Positions 1 to 8,869 of a stretch of DNA of 64,000 nt are shown in pieces. The stretch is from Bacteroidaceae bacterium. Its GTDB lineage: Bacteria; Bacteroidota; Bacteroidia; Bacteroidales; Bacteroidaceae. The notes below the pieces were generated by a model that saw only the letters and a program-made list of their open reading frames with translations, did not search any database and was not told the DNA's origin. The translations under genes and the position numbers were made by a program. How positions within the stretch are numbered: position 1 is the first letter of the stretch; each line of letters opens with the position of its first letter. The DNA is taken from NCBI GenBank assembly GCA_017614895.1, contig JAGAAZ010000055.1, forward strand, positions 1,658-65,657. The letters run 5' to 3'.

Positions 1-91
1 GACATCCTGAGGAACATGGAGAACCCCAGGCAATCAATCAACAGATCATGAAACTGAAAGTTAGTTATATATATATATTAAATGTAAAACA

Positions 92-676
92 ATGAAATCA
101 TTCTATTCAACACTTCTGGCGGCACTCTGCATGATGGCGGCCGCCACATTCACCACCTCATGCAACGATGAAGACCCTGGCAATGCGCCAACCACACCGG
201 AAGAAACCAGAAACATGATCATAGGCCTGTGGAAGAGTACAACCATTTTTGACAAGGACAATCCTGTTGACGGCTACTATTGGGAATTCACTGCCGACGG
301 CCAATTGCTTCGTTCTTTTCATGTAAAGCCCAAAGCCCAGGGTAAGTATGCCCAGTTTCAAGGGCAATATGTTGTTTACTACCAAGCGCACTATTCCCTC
401 AGCTTTGACGGGAGATCCACCCCTACCAGTTTTTCTCTCGACATAGAAGGGGAATCATCCAACCTATGGATTCACGAATTCACGGACAAGAAATTCAATT
501 ACTCATACCAGGAAGGGAAGTGGGTAGGCGGATGGGAGGGAATCCACTACGATTGGGTGGATGGCGGCACCTTTGTGGCTGTCAACAAAACCTTTGCCTA
601 CACGGTTTTCCTTACAGAAAAAGAGTTTCTAGAATGGCAAATATCAGACTTCGTCGATCGTCGAATAGAAAAGTAG
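92..676 (+). CDS. Hypothetical lipoprotein
   Basis: 194-aa ORF. N-terminus MKSFYSTLLAALCMMAAATFTTSC looks like a signal peptide ending in a lipobox Cys. No family recognised. Hairpin terminator at 706-746 follows. Confidence 0.7.
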   Translation: MKSFYSTLLAALCMMAAATFTTSCNDEDPGNAPTTPEETRNMIIGLWKSTTIFDKDNPVDGYYWEFTADGQLLRSFHVKPKAQGKYAQFQGQYVVYYQAHYSLSFDGRSTPTSFSLDIEGESSNLWIHEFTDKKFNYSYQEGKWVGGWEGIHYDWVDGGTFVAVNKTFAYTVFLTEKEFLEWQISDFVDRRIEK

Positions 677-705
677 CCACGCAGTAGCATGAATTTGCGC
701 AAAGC

Positions 706-746
706 CGAAAAGAGGGACGCGATTGCTCGTGTCCCTCTTTTGTTTT
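706..746. terminator. Bidirectional intrinsic terminator between convergent genes
   Basis: 9-bp stem AAGAGGGAC (710-718) / GTCCCTCTT (731-739), flanked by an A-run on the left and TTTGTTTT on the right. Confidence 0.6.
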
Positions 747-764
747 ATCTTTACTTTCCGATTG

Positions 765-2093
765 TCAGTCAATCTCTTCGTCAGCCTCGTATCCGCCCAT
801 TTCGCGGATGGCGTTCTTGAGCAGGGTGTACTGCTGGAAGAGGTGGTTGACAGGTTCCTCGCCCTGCGTGTAGTCGTGCATCGGAGCCTTGAGGAAGAAG
901 GAGAGGAAGCGCTGGATGCCGCTCTTGCCTGCACGTGCAGCGAGGTCGCTGAGCAGGCAGAGGTCGAGCAGAAGCGGAGCGGCAAGGATGGAGTCGCGAC
1001 AGAGGAAGTTAATCTTGATCTGCATGGGGTAGTTCATCCAGCCGAAGATGTCGATGTTGTCCCAACCCTCCTTGTTGTCGTTGCGAGGAGGATAGTAGTT
1101 GATGCGCACCTTGTGGTAGTACTGGTTGTCCTCGTCGTTGCCATGACCATAGAGGTCGGGCTGCGCCTCGGGCTTGAGGATGGTTTCGAGGGTGGAGAGC
1201 TTGCTGACCTCCTTGGTGCGGAAGTTGGCAGGTTCGTCGAGCACAAGACCGTCGCGATTGCCGAGGATGTTGGTGGAGAACCAGCCGTTCAGACCCAGAC
1301 AACGAGTGCCGATGATAGGAGCAAAACCCGACTTCACGAGCGTCTGACCCGTCTTGAAGTCCTTGCCAGCGATGGGCAGACCGAGCTTCTCCGACATTTC
1401 CCACATGGCAGGAATATCGACAGTGGTGTTGGGAGCGCCCATGATGAATGGAGCACCTTCAGCCAATGCAGCGTAGGCGTAGCACATGGAAGGAGCGATG
1501 TTCTTGGTGTCGTTCGCCTTCATGGCAGCCTCAAGATGTGCGAGTGTGTCGTGCACAGCCATGTTAGGCTCCACATAAATCTCTGTAGATGCAGCCCAAG
1601 CCACAACGATGCGGCTGCAGTTGTTCTCAGCCTTGAACTGGCGGATGTCGGCACGAAGGGCTTCGACCATGTCCCAACGGGTCTTGCAGTCCTTCACGTT
1701 ATCGCCATCAAGACGCTTGGCAAAGTTCTTGTCGAAAGCAGCCTTGAAAGGAACAATCTTCTCCAGCTCATCCTTCACGGGGAGGATGTCCTTCTCTTGG
1801 AGCACCTCAGCATACATGGCACTCTGGAAGGCGTTGGCAGGATAAACATCCCAAGCACCAAACACGATGTCGTCCAACTTTGCCATCGGAACGATTTCGC
1901 CATAAGAGAGATACTTCTTGTCAGCACCCTTGCCAACACGAATCTTATCATACTGAGTCATTGAACCCACTGGCTTAGCAAGACCCTTGCGAGCCATCAA
2001 CACGCCTGTCATGAAGGTGGAAGTGACGGCACCCAGTCCGACGACCATGATACCCAATTTTCCTTCTGCAGGCTCCACGTTTTTGTTTTCCAT
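765..2093 (-). CDS. ino1: myo-inositol-1-phosphate synthase (MIPS)
   Basis: 442-aa ORF with full-length resemblance to NAD-dependent inositol-3-phosphate synthases: N-terminal Rossmann segment IMVVGLGAVTSTF, STNILGNRDG (cf. SYNHLGNNDG motif), C-terminal NFLCRDSILAAPL. TATCTTTG box lies 39 nt upstream. Confidence 0.88.
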   Translation of the reverse strand: MENKNVEPAEGKLGIMVVGLGAVTSTFMTGVLMARKGLAKPVGSMTQYDKIRVGKGADKKYLSYGEIVPMAKLDDIVFGAWDVYPANAFQSAMYAEVLQEKDILPVKDELEKIVPFKAAFDKNFAKRLDGDNVKDCKTRWDMVEALRADIRQFKAENNCSRIVVAWAASTEIYVEPNMAVHDTLAHLEAAMKANDTKNIAPSMCYAYAALAEGAPFIMGAPNTTVDIPAMWEMSEKLGLPIAGKDFKTGQTLVKSGFAPIIGTRCLGLNGWFSTNILGNRDGLVLDEPANFRTKEVSKLSTLETILKPEAQPDLYGHGNDEDNQYYHKVRINYYPPRNDNKEGWDNIDIFGWMNYPMQIKINFLCRDSILAAPLLLDLCLLSDLAARAGKSGIQRFLSFFLKAPMHDYTQGEEPVNHLFQQYTLLKNAIREMGGYEADEEID

Positions 2094-2131
2094 TGCTAAA
2101 TTCTGTTTTCCAACAATTAATTAAAACTTTG

Positions 2132-2139
2132 CAAAGATA
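2132..2139 (-). promoter_or_regulatory. -7 box TATCTTTG for ino1
   Basis: Plus strand reads caaagata. Matches the Bacteroidota sigma-A consensus TAnnTTTG. 39 nt upstream of the ATG. Confidence 0.5.
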
Positions 2140-2223
2140 CGGAAAACAACCCAAACTTTCCCTCATTTCGTGAACTTTAACAAAAAATAAGGGCTTTTAT
2201 TTGGGCGAATGGTCGGTTTGTGC

Positions 2224-2231
2224 TAACTTTG
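2224..2231 (+). promoter_or_regulatory. -7 box TAACTTTG for the GT2/pyrC/MetH-domain operon
   Basis: TAnnTTTG 32 nt upstream of the ATG at 2263. TTTG at 2200-2203 is a possible -33 element. Confidence 0.55.
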
Positions 2232-2262
2232 CAACACAAAGATTAACGCATCTATCGTACAC

Positions 2263-3039
2263 ATGAACGAGAGCGACAGCATAGTTATCATACCTACTTA
2301 CAACGAGAAGGAAAATATCGAGAAGATTATCCGTGCAGTGTTTGCATTGGAGAAGTGTTTCCATATCCTTGTGATTGACGACGGTTCGCCCGACGGCACC
2401 GCTGCCATTGTGAAGGGACTGATGCAGTCGGAATTTTCCGACCGTCTGTTCCTGATGGAGCGTACAGGCAAACAGGGGCTGGGCACTGCCTACATCGCCG
2501 GCTTCAAATGGGGCTTGGCTCATGGTTATGACTACATCTTCGAGATGGATGCCGACTTCTCCCATGCGCCCAGCGACCTGCCAAGACTCTATTCGGCTTG
2601 TGCTGACGAGGGGTATGACCTCGCCATCGGAAGCCGCTACATCTCTGGCGTGAATGTGGTCAACTGGCCGATGGGACGCGTGCTGATGTCGTATTTCGCT
2701 TCTAAATATGTACGGTTCATCACAGGCTTCAAGGTGCATGACACCACAGCAGGATTCAAGTGCTACAAACGTCGTGTGCTGGAGACCATCGACCTCGACG
2801 CCATCCGCTTCAAGGGTTATGCCTTCCAGATCGAGATGAAGTTCACCACCTACAAGTGTGGCTTCAAAATCAAGGAAGTGCCTGTCATCTTCGTCAACCG
2901 TGTGGAAGGTGTGTCGAAGATGAACAGCAGCATCTTTGGTGAGGCATTCTTTGGCGTGATGAGATTGAGATGGGACGGATGGTTCAAGAAATACCCCAAG
3001 CCTGTGGATGAAAACAATCAAACAGAGAAAAAAGACTAA
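2263..3039 (+). CDS. GT2 polyprenol-phosphate mannosyltransferase (Dpm1/Ppm1-like)
   Basis: 258-aa ORF. VIIPTYNEKENIEKII...LVIDDGSPDGT...FEMDADFSH are typical GT-A family 2 / Dpm1 motifs. TAACTTTG box at 2224-2231. Confidence 0.85.
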   Translation: MNESDSIVIIPTYNEKENIEKIIRAVFALEKCFHILVIDDGSPDGTAAIVKGLMQSEFSDRLFLMERTGKQGLGTAYIAGFKWGLAHGYDYIFEMDADFSHAPSDLPRLYSACADEGYDLAIGSRYISGVNVVNWPMGRVLMSYFASKYVRFITGFKVHDTTAGFKCYKRRVLETIDLDAIRFKGYAFQIEMKFTTYKCGFKIKEVPVIFVNRVEGVSKMNSSIFGEAFFGVMRLRWDGWFKKYPKPVDENNQTEKKD

Positions 3040-3054
3040 CCGAAAGAAAAACCT

Positions 3055-4395
3055 ATGAAAACAATCATCAGAAACGCAACCATCGTGAATGAGGGACGCA
3101 AGTTCATCGGCTCTGTCGTGATAGAGGACGAGATGATTCAAGAGGTACTGGAGAACGATGACACCACGCAGTCCTACGACATGGAGATTGATGCGACAGG
3201 ACTGTACCTGTTCCCTGGTGTGATTGATGACCATGTGCATTTCCGTGAGCCAGGCATGACCCACAAGGCAGACATTGCCAGCGAGAGTCGCACGGCTGCT
3301 GCTGGAGGTGTGACATCCTATATGGAGATGCCCAACACCAATCCCCCCACCACGACGCTCAACCGTCTGGAAGAGAAGTTCCAGATTGCTGCACGAGACA
3401 GTCGTGTGAACTATTCCTTCTATTTCGGAGCCACCAACGACAATGTGGAGACTCTCCCTGTCCTCGACCGTCATCGTGTGCCAGGTGTGAAGGTGTTCAT
3501 GGGCAGCAGCACGGGCAATATGCTGGTGGATCGTGAGGAATCCCTGCATCGCATCTTCGAGACCTCACCCCTCTTGCTGATGGCACATTGCGAAAGCACC
3601 AGCATCATCGAAGCGAACATCCGAGCATTTAAGAAAAAATATAAGGGTCAGAACGACTTCCCCATCCGCTACCACTCTCGCATCCGCAGTGTGGAAGCCT
3701 GCTACGAGTCCTCAGCGCTGGCTGTGCAATTGGCGAAGGACACAGGTGCACGTCTGCACATCGCCCATGTCTCCACAGCCAAAGAGCTGGAGCTGTTCGA
3801 GAAAAAGCCCATTGAGGAGAAGAAGATCACCGCTGAGGCTGTCATCGCCCACCTGATGTTCAGTACAGAAGATTATGACACGCTGGGTACACGCATCAAG
3901 TGCAACCCATCTGTCAAAACACCCGAAGACCGTGCCGCCTTACGAGAGGCACTCACCAACGGACTCATCGACGTGGTGGCGACCGACCATGCGCCTCATC
4001 TGGAGAACGAGAAACTGGGAGGAGCATTGAGGGCTGCTTCAGGTATGCCGATGATTCAGTTCTCGTTAGTGTCGATGTTGGAACTGAGCGAAATGGACGT
4101 ATTACCCATCGAGCGCATCCCTGACCTCATGTCACACAATCCTGCCAAACTCTTCCACATAGAGAAACGAGGATTCATCCGTCCTGGCTACTACGCTGAC
4201 TTGACATTGGTGGACCCCGATGCCAACTGGCAGGTGAGAGAAGGACGATACTACACGAAATGTGGCTGGACACCCATGGACGAACGTTTCTTCAAATGGC
4301 GGGTACGACGCACCATCATCAATGGCATCACAGCCTACAGCGACGGCATTGTGGTGGATGGCGTCAGAGGAAAGGAATTGAGGTTTGAGATTTGA
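3055..4395 (+). CDS. pyrC: Dihydroorotase-type cyclic amidohydrolase
   Basis: 446-aa ORF. Metal-binding motifs DDHVHFREPG and ATDHAPH. Starts 15 nt after the GT2 stop, so probably the same operon. Confidence 0.82.
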   Translation: MKTIIRNATIVNEGRKFIGSVVIEDEMIQEVLENDDTTQSYDMEIDATGLYLFPGVIDDHVHFREPGMTHKADIASESRTAAAGGVTSYMEMPNTNPPTTTLNRLEEKFQIAARDSRVNYSFYFGATNDNVETLPVLDRHRVPGVKVFMGSSTGNMLVDREESLHRIFETSPLLLMAHCESTSIIEANIRAFKKKYKGQNDFPIRYHSRIRSVEACYESSALAVQLAKDTGARLHIAHVSTAKELELFEKKPIEEKKITAEAVIAHLMFSTEDYDTLGTRIKCNPSVKTPEDRAALREALTNGLIDVVATDHAPHLENEKLGGALRAASGMPMIQFSLVSMLELSEMDVLPIERIPDLMSHNPAKLFHIEKRGFIRPGYYADLTLVDPDANWQVREGRYYTKCGWTPMDERFFKWRVRRTIINGITAYSDGIVVDGVRGKELRFEI

Positions 4396-4436
4396 AGTGA
4401 GAGGTAAGAGGTTTGAGGTGAGAGGTAAGAAGAGAT
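4381..4436 (+). repeat. Tandem heptads (AGGTNNG)x8 filling the pyrC-like / MetH-domain junction
   Basis: AGGTTTG AGATTTG AAGTGAG AGGTAAG AGGTTTG AGGTGAG AGGTAAG AAGAGAT. Starts in the last codons of one gene and ends at the ATG of the next. Confidence 0.85.
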
Positions 4437-5274
4437 GAGACGCAACTACCGCATTAGCGACCTGAAAGACTACATCAACTGGGTGTATTTCTTCCATGCG
4501 TGGTCTTTGCCACAGCAGTCGGAAGAGGGGCAGCGCCTGTATGACGAAGCACAGCGCATGCTCCAACGCCTCCAGCCCTATCTGAAAGTCAAGACGGTGG
4601 TGGAAATCCTGCCAGCATGGAGTGAAGGTGATGACATTGTGGTGCAGCCCATGCGTCCCTGCGAGTGCGGACAAAGCCATCCGAACGGAGAACCCATCCA
4701 TCTGCCCATGCTGCGACAGCAAGTACCCAACAATGACGGCATCTGCCTCTGTCTGAGCGACTACATTCGTCCCCATGCTGCCACACGGCAAGATCAGATA
4801 GGCGTGTTTGCCACCTCCACCAGTATCGATGTGGGAAAGACCTTCCCCGATGACAACTACAACCAGATGCTCCTCCAAACCCTTGCCGACCGATTGGCAG
4901 AAGCTGGAGCAGAACGTCTGCATGAAGAGGTGAGAAAGACCATTTGGGGATATGCACCCAACGAACAACTCACCATCGCTGAACTGCATCAGGAGAAGTT
5001 TCAGGGTATCAGACCTGCTGTGGGTTATCCCTGCCTGCCTGACATCTCCATCAACTTCATCCTCGACAAGCTGATTGGATTCAAGAGCATCGGAGTGACC
5101 CTTACCTCCTCTGCCATGATGCAACCCCACGCCTCCGTGAGCGGACTCATGTTCAGCCTGCCACAGGCACGTTACTTCTCCGTAGGCAAGATAGACAGCG
5201 ACCAACTCGCCGACTATGCCCAGCGACGCCACATGACACTTGACGAAATCAATAAATACATCCAATGCTGTTAA
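4435..5274 (+). CDS. Stand-alone methionine synthase (MetH) reactivation/AdoMet-binding domain protein
   Basis: 279-aa ORF collinear with the C-terminal activation domain of E. coli MetH: YINWVYFFHAWSL, ADRLAEAGAERLHEEVRKTIWGYAPNE, QGIRPAVGYPCLPD, ASVSGLMFS. Confidence 0.85.
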   Translation: MRRNYRISDLKDYINWVYFFHAWSLPQQSEEGQRLYDEAQRMLQRLQPYLKVKTVVEILPAWSEGDDIVVQPMRPCECGQSHPNGEPIHLPMLRQQVPNNDGICLCLSDYIRPHAATRQDQIGVFATSTSIDVGKTFPDDNYNQMLLQTLADRLAEAGAERLHEEVRKTIWGYAPNEQLTIAELHQEKFQGIRPAVGYPCLPDISINFILDKLIGFKSIGVTLTSSAMMQPHASVSGLMFSLPQARYFSVGKIDSDQLADYAQRRHMTLDEINKYIQCC

Positions 5275-6482
5275 GAATACTGCTGCTTATCATACTCCTG
5301 CTGATTGTACCCGATATCTACATCTATCTGGTATATATACGCCATTGGACCAAGAATCGATGGTGGCGCCTGTCGTGGTTCTTGCCATCGATTGTCATCG
5401 CCCTTGCCACAGCAGTCATCATCCACAGCAATGACATGCGTCCGGAGCATCAGGCATGGGTCAGCATCTACATGTATGTGTTCCTTCTCCTCTGTGCCCC
5501 CAAAGCCCTCTTCATGGTGGTGGATGGCATCGGGCATCTCATCAATTGGATGGTCACAGGAGGAAAGAAGACGCGCGAAGGCTACGACTGCCTTTTCGTA
5601 CGCATCTTCCGCATCATCGGCATGGCGCTTGCACTCTTCGCCATCACCCTGCTCACTTACGGCTATTTCATCGGACGCCACCAATATGTCGTCCATCAAC
5701 AGACTTTCTATTTCTCCGATCTGCCCAAGCAGTTCGACGGTTATCGCATCGTTCAGTTCTCCGACATGCATATCGGCACGATGAGAGACGGACATGAAGC
5801 AGACGTTCGCACGATTGTTGACCTCATCAATGCCCAGCATGGTGATGCCATCCTCTTCACAGGAGACCTTGTCAATCATCAAAGCGCAGAACTTGACGGT
5901 TTCCGTCGTGACCTCAATAAACTCCATGCCCACGATGGTGTCTATGCCGTGATGGGCAACCACGACTACAGCATGTACATCCGATATCCCAAGGAAGAAG
6001 AACGGGCTGCCGACGTGAAGGAACTCCAACGTCGCATTCGTAGTTATGGTTGGGACTTGCTGCTCAATGAACATCGTGTCATCCGTCGAGGAAAAGATTC
6101 CCTCATCATAGCAGGTGTTGAAAACGATGGTCGTCCCCCCTTCCCTGCTTATGGCGACTTGCCCAAGACGATGAAGGGACTGAAACGCAACTGTTTCACG
6201 GTGCTCATGAGTCACGACCCCACCCATTGGCGACGCAAGATCATTCCACAAACCAACATCCAGCTCACCCTATCGGGACACACCCATGCAGGACAGTTAA
6301 AGGTGTTTGGCTGGTCGCCTGTCACTCATGTATATAAAGAATGGTCTGGTGCCTACACAGAAGGCAACCAAATTCTCAATGTCAGCGATGGCATCGGGGC
6401 TGTCATGTTCCCCTTCCGCTATGGCGCATGGCCAGAAATCAATGTGATTACGCTACGACGTACACCCCAAAATAATCAATAA
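5265..6482 (+). CDS. Membrane-anchored metallophosphoesterase
   Basis: 405-aa ORF. Hydrophobic N-terminal ~150 aa with several predicted TM helices, then calcineurin-like motifs FSDMHIG, FTGDLVNH, GNHD, SGHTHAG. Overlaps the previous gene by 10 nt. Confidence 0.85.
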   Translation: MLLRILLLIILLLIVPDIYIYLVYIRHWTKNRWWRLSWFLPSIVIALATAVIIHSNDMRPEHQAWVSIYMYVFLLLCAPKALFMVVDGIGHLINWMVTGGKKTREGYDCLFVRIFRIIGMALALFAITLLTYGYFIGRHQYVVHQQTFYFSDLPKQFDGYRIVQFSDMHIGTMRDGHEADVRTIVDLINAQHGDAILFTGDLVNHQSAELDGFRRDLNKLHAHDGVYAVMGNHDYSMYIRYPKEEERAADVKELQRRIRSYGWDLLLNEHRVIRRGKDSLIIAGVENDGRPPFPAYGDLPKTMKGLKRNCFTVLMSHDPTHWRRKIIPQTNIQLTLSGHTHAGQLKVFGWSPVTHVYKEWSGAYTEGNQILNVSDGIGAVMFPFRYGAWPEINVITLRRTPQNNQ

Positions 6483-6496
6483 AAGCACGAAGCATT

Positions 6497-7246
6497 ATGA
6501 AAGTACTTAAATTCATTCTGAATATCCTCTATAAGATATATTCTTTTACCATCGCATTGCCCATCTTTGTGGTCATCACCATCTTTGTGGCAAGCAGCGT
6601 CATCATCGCAGGTTTCTTGGGCGACACCGATGTGGTGGCATACTATCTGCCCAAGTTCTGGTCGAAATGCGCCTTCTGGCTCTTCCTGCTTCGCGTGAAG
6701 GTGGAAGGACGTGAGAACATCAAGAAGGAAGAAAGTTACGTGTTCCTTGCCAATCATCAAGGCTATTACGACATCTTCCTTGCCTACGGCTATCTGGGGC
6801 ACAACTTCAAATGGATGATGAAAGAATATTTGAAGAAGATTCCTTTTGTCGGTTATGCCTGTGTCAAGTCTAAGCATATCTATTTGCCCGATGGCATTTC
6901 TGGTATCGCCAAAGCTGTGCAACAGGCACGTGAAACCCTGCAAGGTGGTATGTCCATGATCATCTTCCCTGAAGGCACCCGTACCCGTACTGGTAAGATG
7001 GCTCCCTTCAAGCGTGGTTCCTTCATGCTCGCCAATGAAATCGGCATCCCCATCGTGCCCATGACCATCAACGGTTCCTTCGATGTGTTCAGCCGCAACC
7101 ACAAATCCGTCCATTGGGGCACCGTCACACTGACCATCCACAAACCCATTACAGCCGAAGAGCGTCAAGGCAAGCAGACCAAAGTCGTCATGCAGGAGGT
7201 CTTCGACATCATCAACGGAGGCTTGGTGGAGAAATATAGAACTTGA
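6497..7246 (+). CDS. plsC: 1-acyl-sn-glycerol-3-phosphate acyltransferase
   Basis: 249-aa ORF with the acyltransferase motifs NHQGYYD (HX4D) and FPEGTRTRTG. N-terminal TM helix. Confidence 0.85.
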   Translation: MKVLKFILNILYKIYSFTIALPIFVVITIFVASSVIIAGFLGDTDVVAYYLPKFWSKCAFWLFLLRVKVEGRENIKKEESYVFLANHQGYYDIFLAYGYLGHNFKWMMKEYLKKIPFVGYACVKSKHIYLPDGISGIAKAVQQARETLQGGMSMIIFPEGTRTRTGKMAPFKRGSFMLANEIGIPIVPMTINGSFDVFSRNHKSVHWGTVTLTIHKPITAEERQGKQTKVVMQEVFDIINGGLVEKYRT

Positions 7247-7284
7247 AAAGAAAAAGAAACGACTCATCAGCCGTTTCTTTTTTA
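7247..7284. terminator. Bidirectional intrinsic terminator (plsC / 7290-7997)
   Basis: 9-bp stem AAAGAAACG (7253-7261) / CGTTTCTTT (7272-7280), with an A-run upstream and a T-run downstream. Confidence 0.6.
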
Positions 7285-7289
7285 TCTAC

Positions 7290-7997
7290 TCACTTCAAAA
7301 AGAACTCCTCCCATACTTTCAGCATGGAACTTTCGTTCGTCGAGATGATTTCGGCAGAACGGGTGAAATTTCGGTATTCCTGCTTGCGAGCAGGGTTGAT
7401 ACGATTCAGAATTTGTTTGGTGGTGGCAGGGAATATTTCGCCTCTCACTTGGAAATAGAATTCGTTGGTCAGCGGAAGAGGCTGTTCTTCCATAACGATT
7501 CCAGCATCGGCACTGGCGATGTCTGACACATTGAAAGTAGCTCCTTGCAGGATATTTTTCGTTTTGTTGAGGTAGTCAAGGTACTTCTGGTCAAGTGCTT
7601 TCTGATTGACAGTCTTCACACAGATGACGCGAGCGATTTTGCCGTCGATGCTGTCCTCACGCACGATGCGTCCGAAATGCTCCTCACTGCCTACAGGCAT
7701 GTAGGAATCGCCATTGGGGAACTCCACCCTGACCACAGAGCCAGGAATGGCTTCCATGAGCGTGTCGTTCTGGCTGTACCAGAGGGTTTGGTTACCCACA
7801 TGGATGTTGCAAGGCACAACGGTCTTGGAGCGCCTAAAAATGCCCGTATAGACCGTAGCTGTACGGAATTGTTGATTGATGAATGGCCACACACCAGTTG
7901 GTTCCCAATCCTTGTTGTTCTGGGCAAAGGCAGACAATACTGACCCGAGAGCCAGTATTGCCATTATCCATCTGAGTTTTTGCATGTACTGATGCAT
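7290..7997 (-). CDS. Hypothetical secreted protein
   Basis: 235-aa ORF. Signal peptide WIMAILALGSVLSAFAQ. Starts 7 nt downstream of the stop of the upstream gene. No family recognised. Confidence 0.7.
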   Translation of the reverse strand: MHQYMQKLRWIMAILALGSVLSAFAQNNKDWEPTGVWPFINQQFRTATVYTGIFRRSKTVVPCNIHVGNQTLWYSQNDTLMEAIPGSVVRVEFPNGDSYMPVGSEEHFGRIVREDSIDGKIARVICVKTVNQKALDQKYLDYLNKTKNILQGATFNVSDIASADAGIVMEEQPLPLTNEFYFQVRGEIFPATTKQILNRINPARKQEYRNFTRSAEIISTNESSMLKVWEEFFLK

Positions 7998-8004
7998 AGT
8001 TGGT

Positions 8005-8853
8005 TTACTTCACTTTCACAACAAGGTATTTGCTAACACTCCAGAACTTAGCCACATCAGTAATGCGGAGAGTGTACTGTCCCTTGCTGTCCTTGAGCAG
8101 GGTATATGAACCTGCCGGGTGATTGGTGAGGATGGTAGCTGACTTCGACTCCAATGGGATGACATTGACTTTGCGGATGTCAATCTGAGTGAAGTAGTTC
8201 TTGTTGTAGTTGCCCTGTAACACCTCTCCCTTGCTGAGGATGCCCTCTGCTTTCAGTTCCTTGCTGGTACCGAAAACATACCATGCAGTGTTGAGCTGAG
8301 CGTCCTGATTACGAGCAATCTGTGCTGTTTCATCACGCTGCTGCTTCACCTGTGTGTTCTCCGTCTGCAAGTTGGTGACAGTACCTGTGAGTTCCTCAAT
8401 CTTCACATCTTTCTCTGCTAGTTGAGCACGCAGCGTCTCCAATTCAGCATTCTTCTCGTTGAGTTGCTGAGTGAGACTATTGATAGCATCTTTCAGTTTG
8501 GCAGAATTGATGGAGCTGCTCTTGAGCTTGCTTTGCAGTTCCTCAATCTTACGCTTATTCTCGTCGAGGGTCTCCTGAATGAATTGCATGTTCTCGCGGA
8601 TGTTCTCGGCAGAATTGTTGTTTTCAGCACCTGCACGCAGCATGTTGACACGTCCTTCAGCCTCATTGATGAGGTCAAAGCCCTGCTGAATCTCGTTGAA
8701 GGTGCCCATCAGGTCATTCAGTTCACTGTCCTTCTGGTCAATGACATTACGCAGTGAGTCACGTTCGTGATCACCTTGTGAATTACCTTTGAATCCGTCA
8801 ATACAGCTGGCAAGCATAGATACAAGAGCTGCCATAAAAATAATCTTCTTCAT
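8005..8853 (-). CDS. Coiled-coil lipoprotein (function unknown)
   Basis: 282-aa ORF. MKKIIFMAALVSMLASC lipobox. Central heptad-rich E/K/Q/L segment of ~150 aa, then a globular C-terminal domain. Starts 16 nt downstream of the rsmI stop. Confidence 0.78.
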   Translation of the reverse strand: MKKIIFMAALVSMLASCIDGFKGNSQGDHERDSLRNVIDQKDSELNDLMGTFNEIQQGFDLINEAEGRVNMLRAGAENNNSAENIRENMQFIQETLDENKRKIEELQSKLKSSSINSAKLKDAINSLTQQLNEKNAELETLRAQLAEKDVKIEELTGTVTNLQTENTQVKQQRDETAQIARNQDAQLNTAWYVFGTSKELKAEGILSKGEVLQGNYNKNYFTQIDIRKVNVIPLESKSATILTNHPAGSYTLLKDSKGQYTLRITDVAKFWSVSKYLVVKVK

Positions 8854-8869
8854 ATCCTTCTATTAAAAA

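Noticed and set aside
723-1964. Long ORFs antisense to confident genes. Examples: 723-1964(+), 2197-3549(-), 4132-5265(-), 5271-6251(-), 6476-7267(-), 13345-14124(-), 15335-16069(-), 19916-20734(+), 24948-25574(+), 28880-29584(+), 31984-33417(+), 34723-35523(+), 36447-37247(+), 38873-39691(+), 41191-42201(+), 53000-54235(-), 55758-56963(+), 60458-61492(+).
   Set aside because: Their translations are low complexity (rich in H/R/V/L/G), have no recognisable motifs, lack TAnnTTTG boxes, and exactly shadow genes with strong family signatures. Such stop-free antisense frames are a known by-product of codon bias in moderately GC-rich genes.
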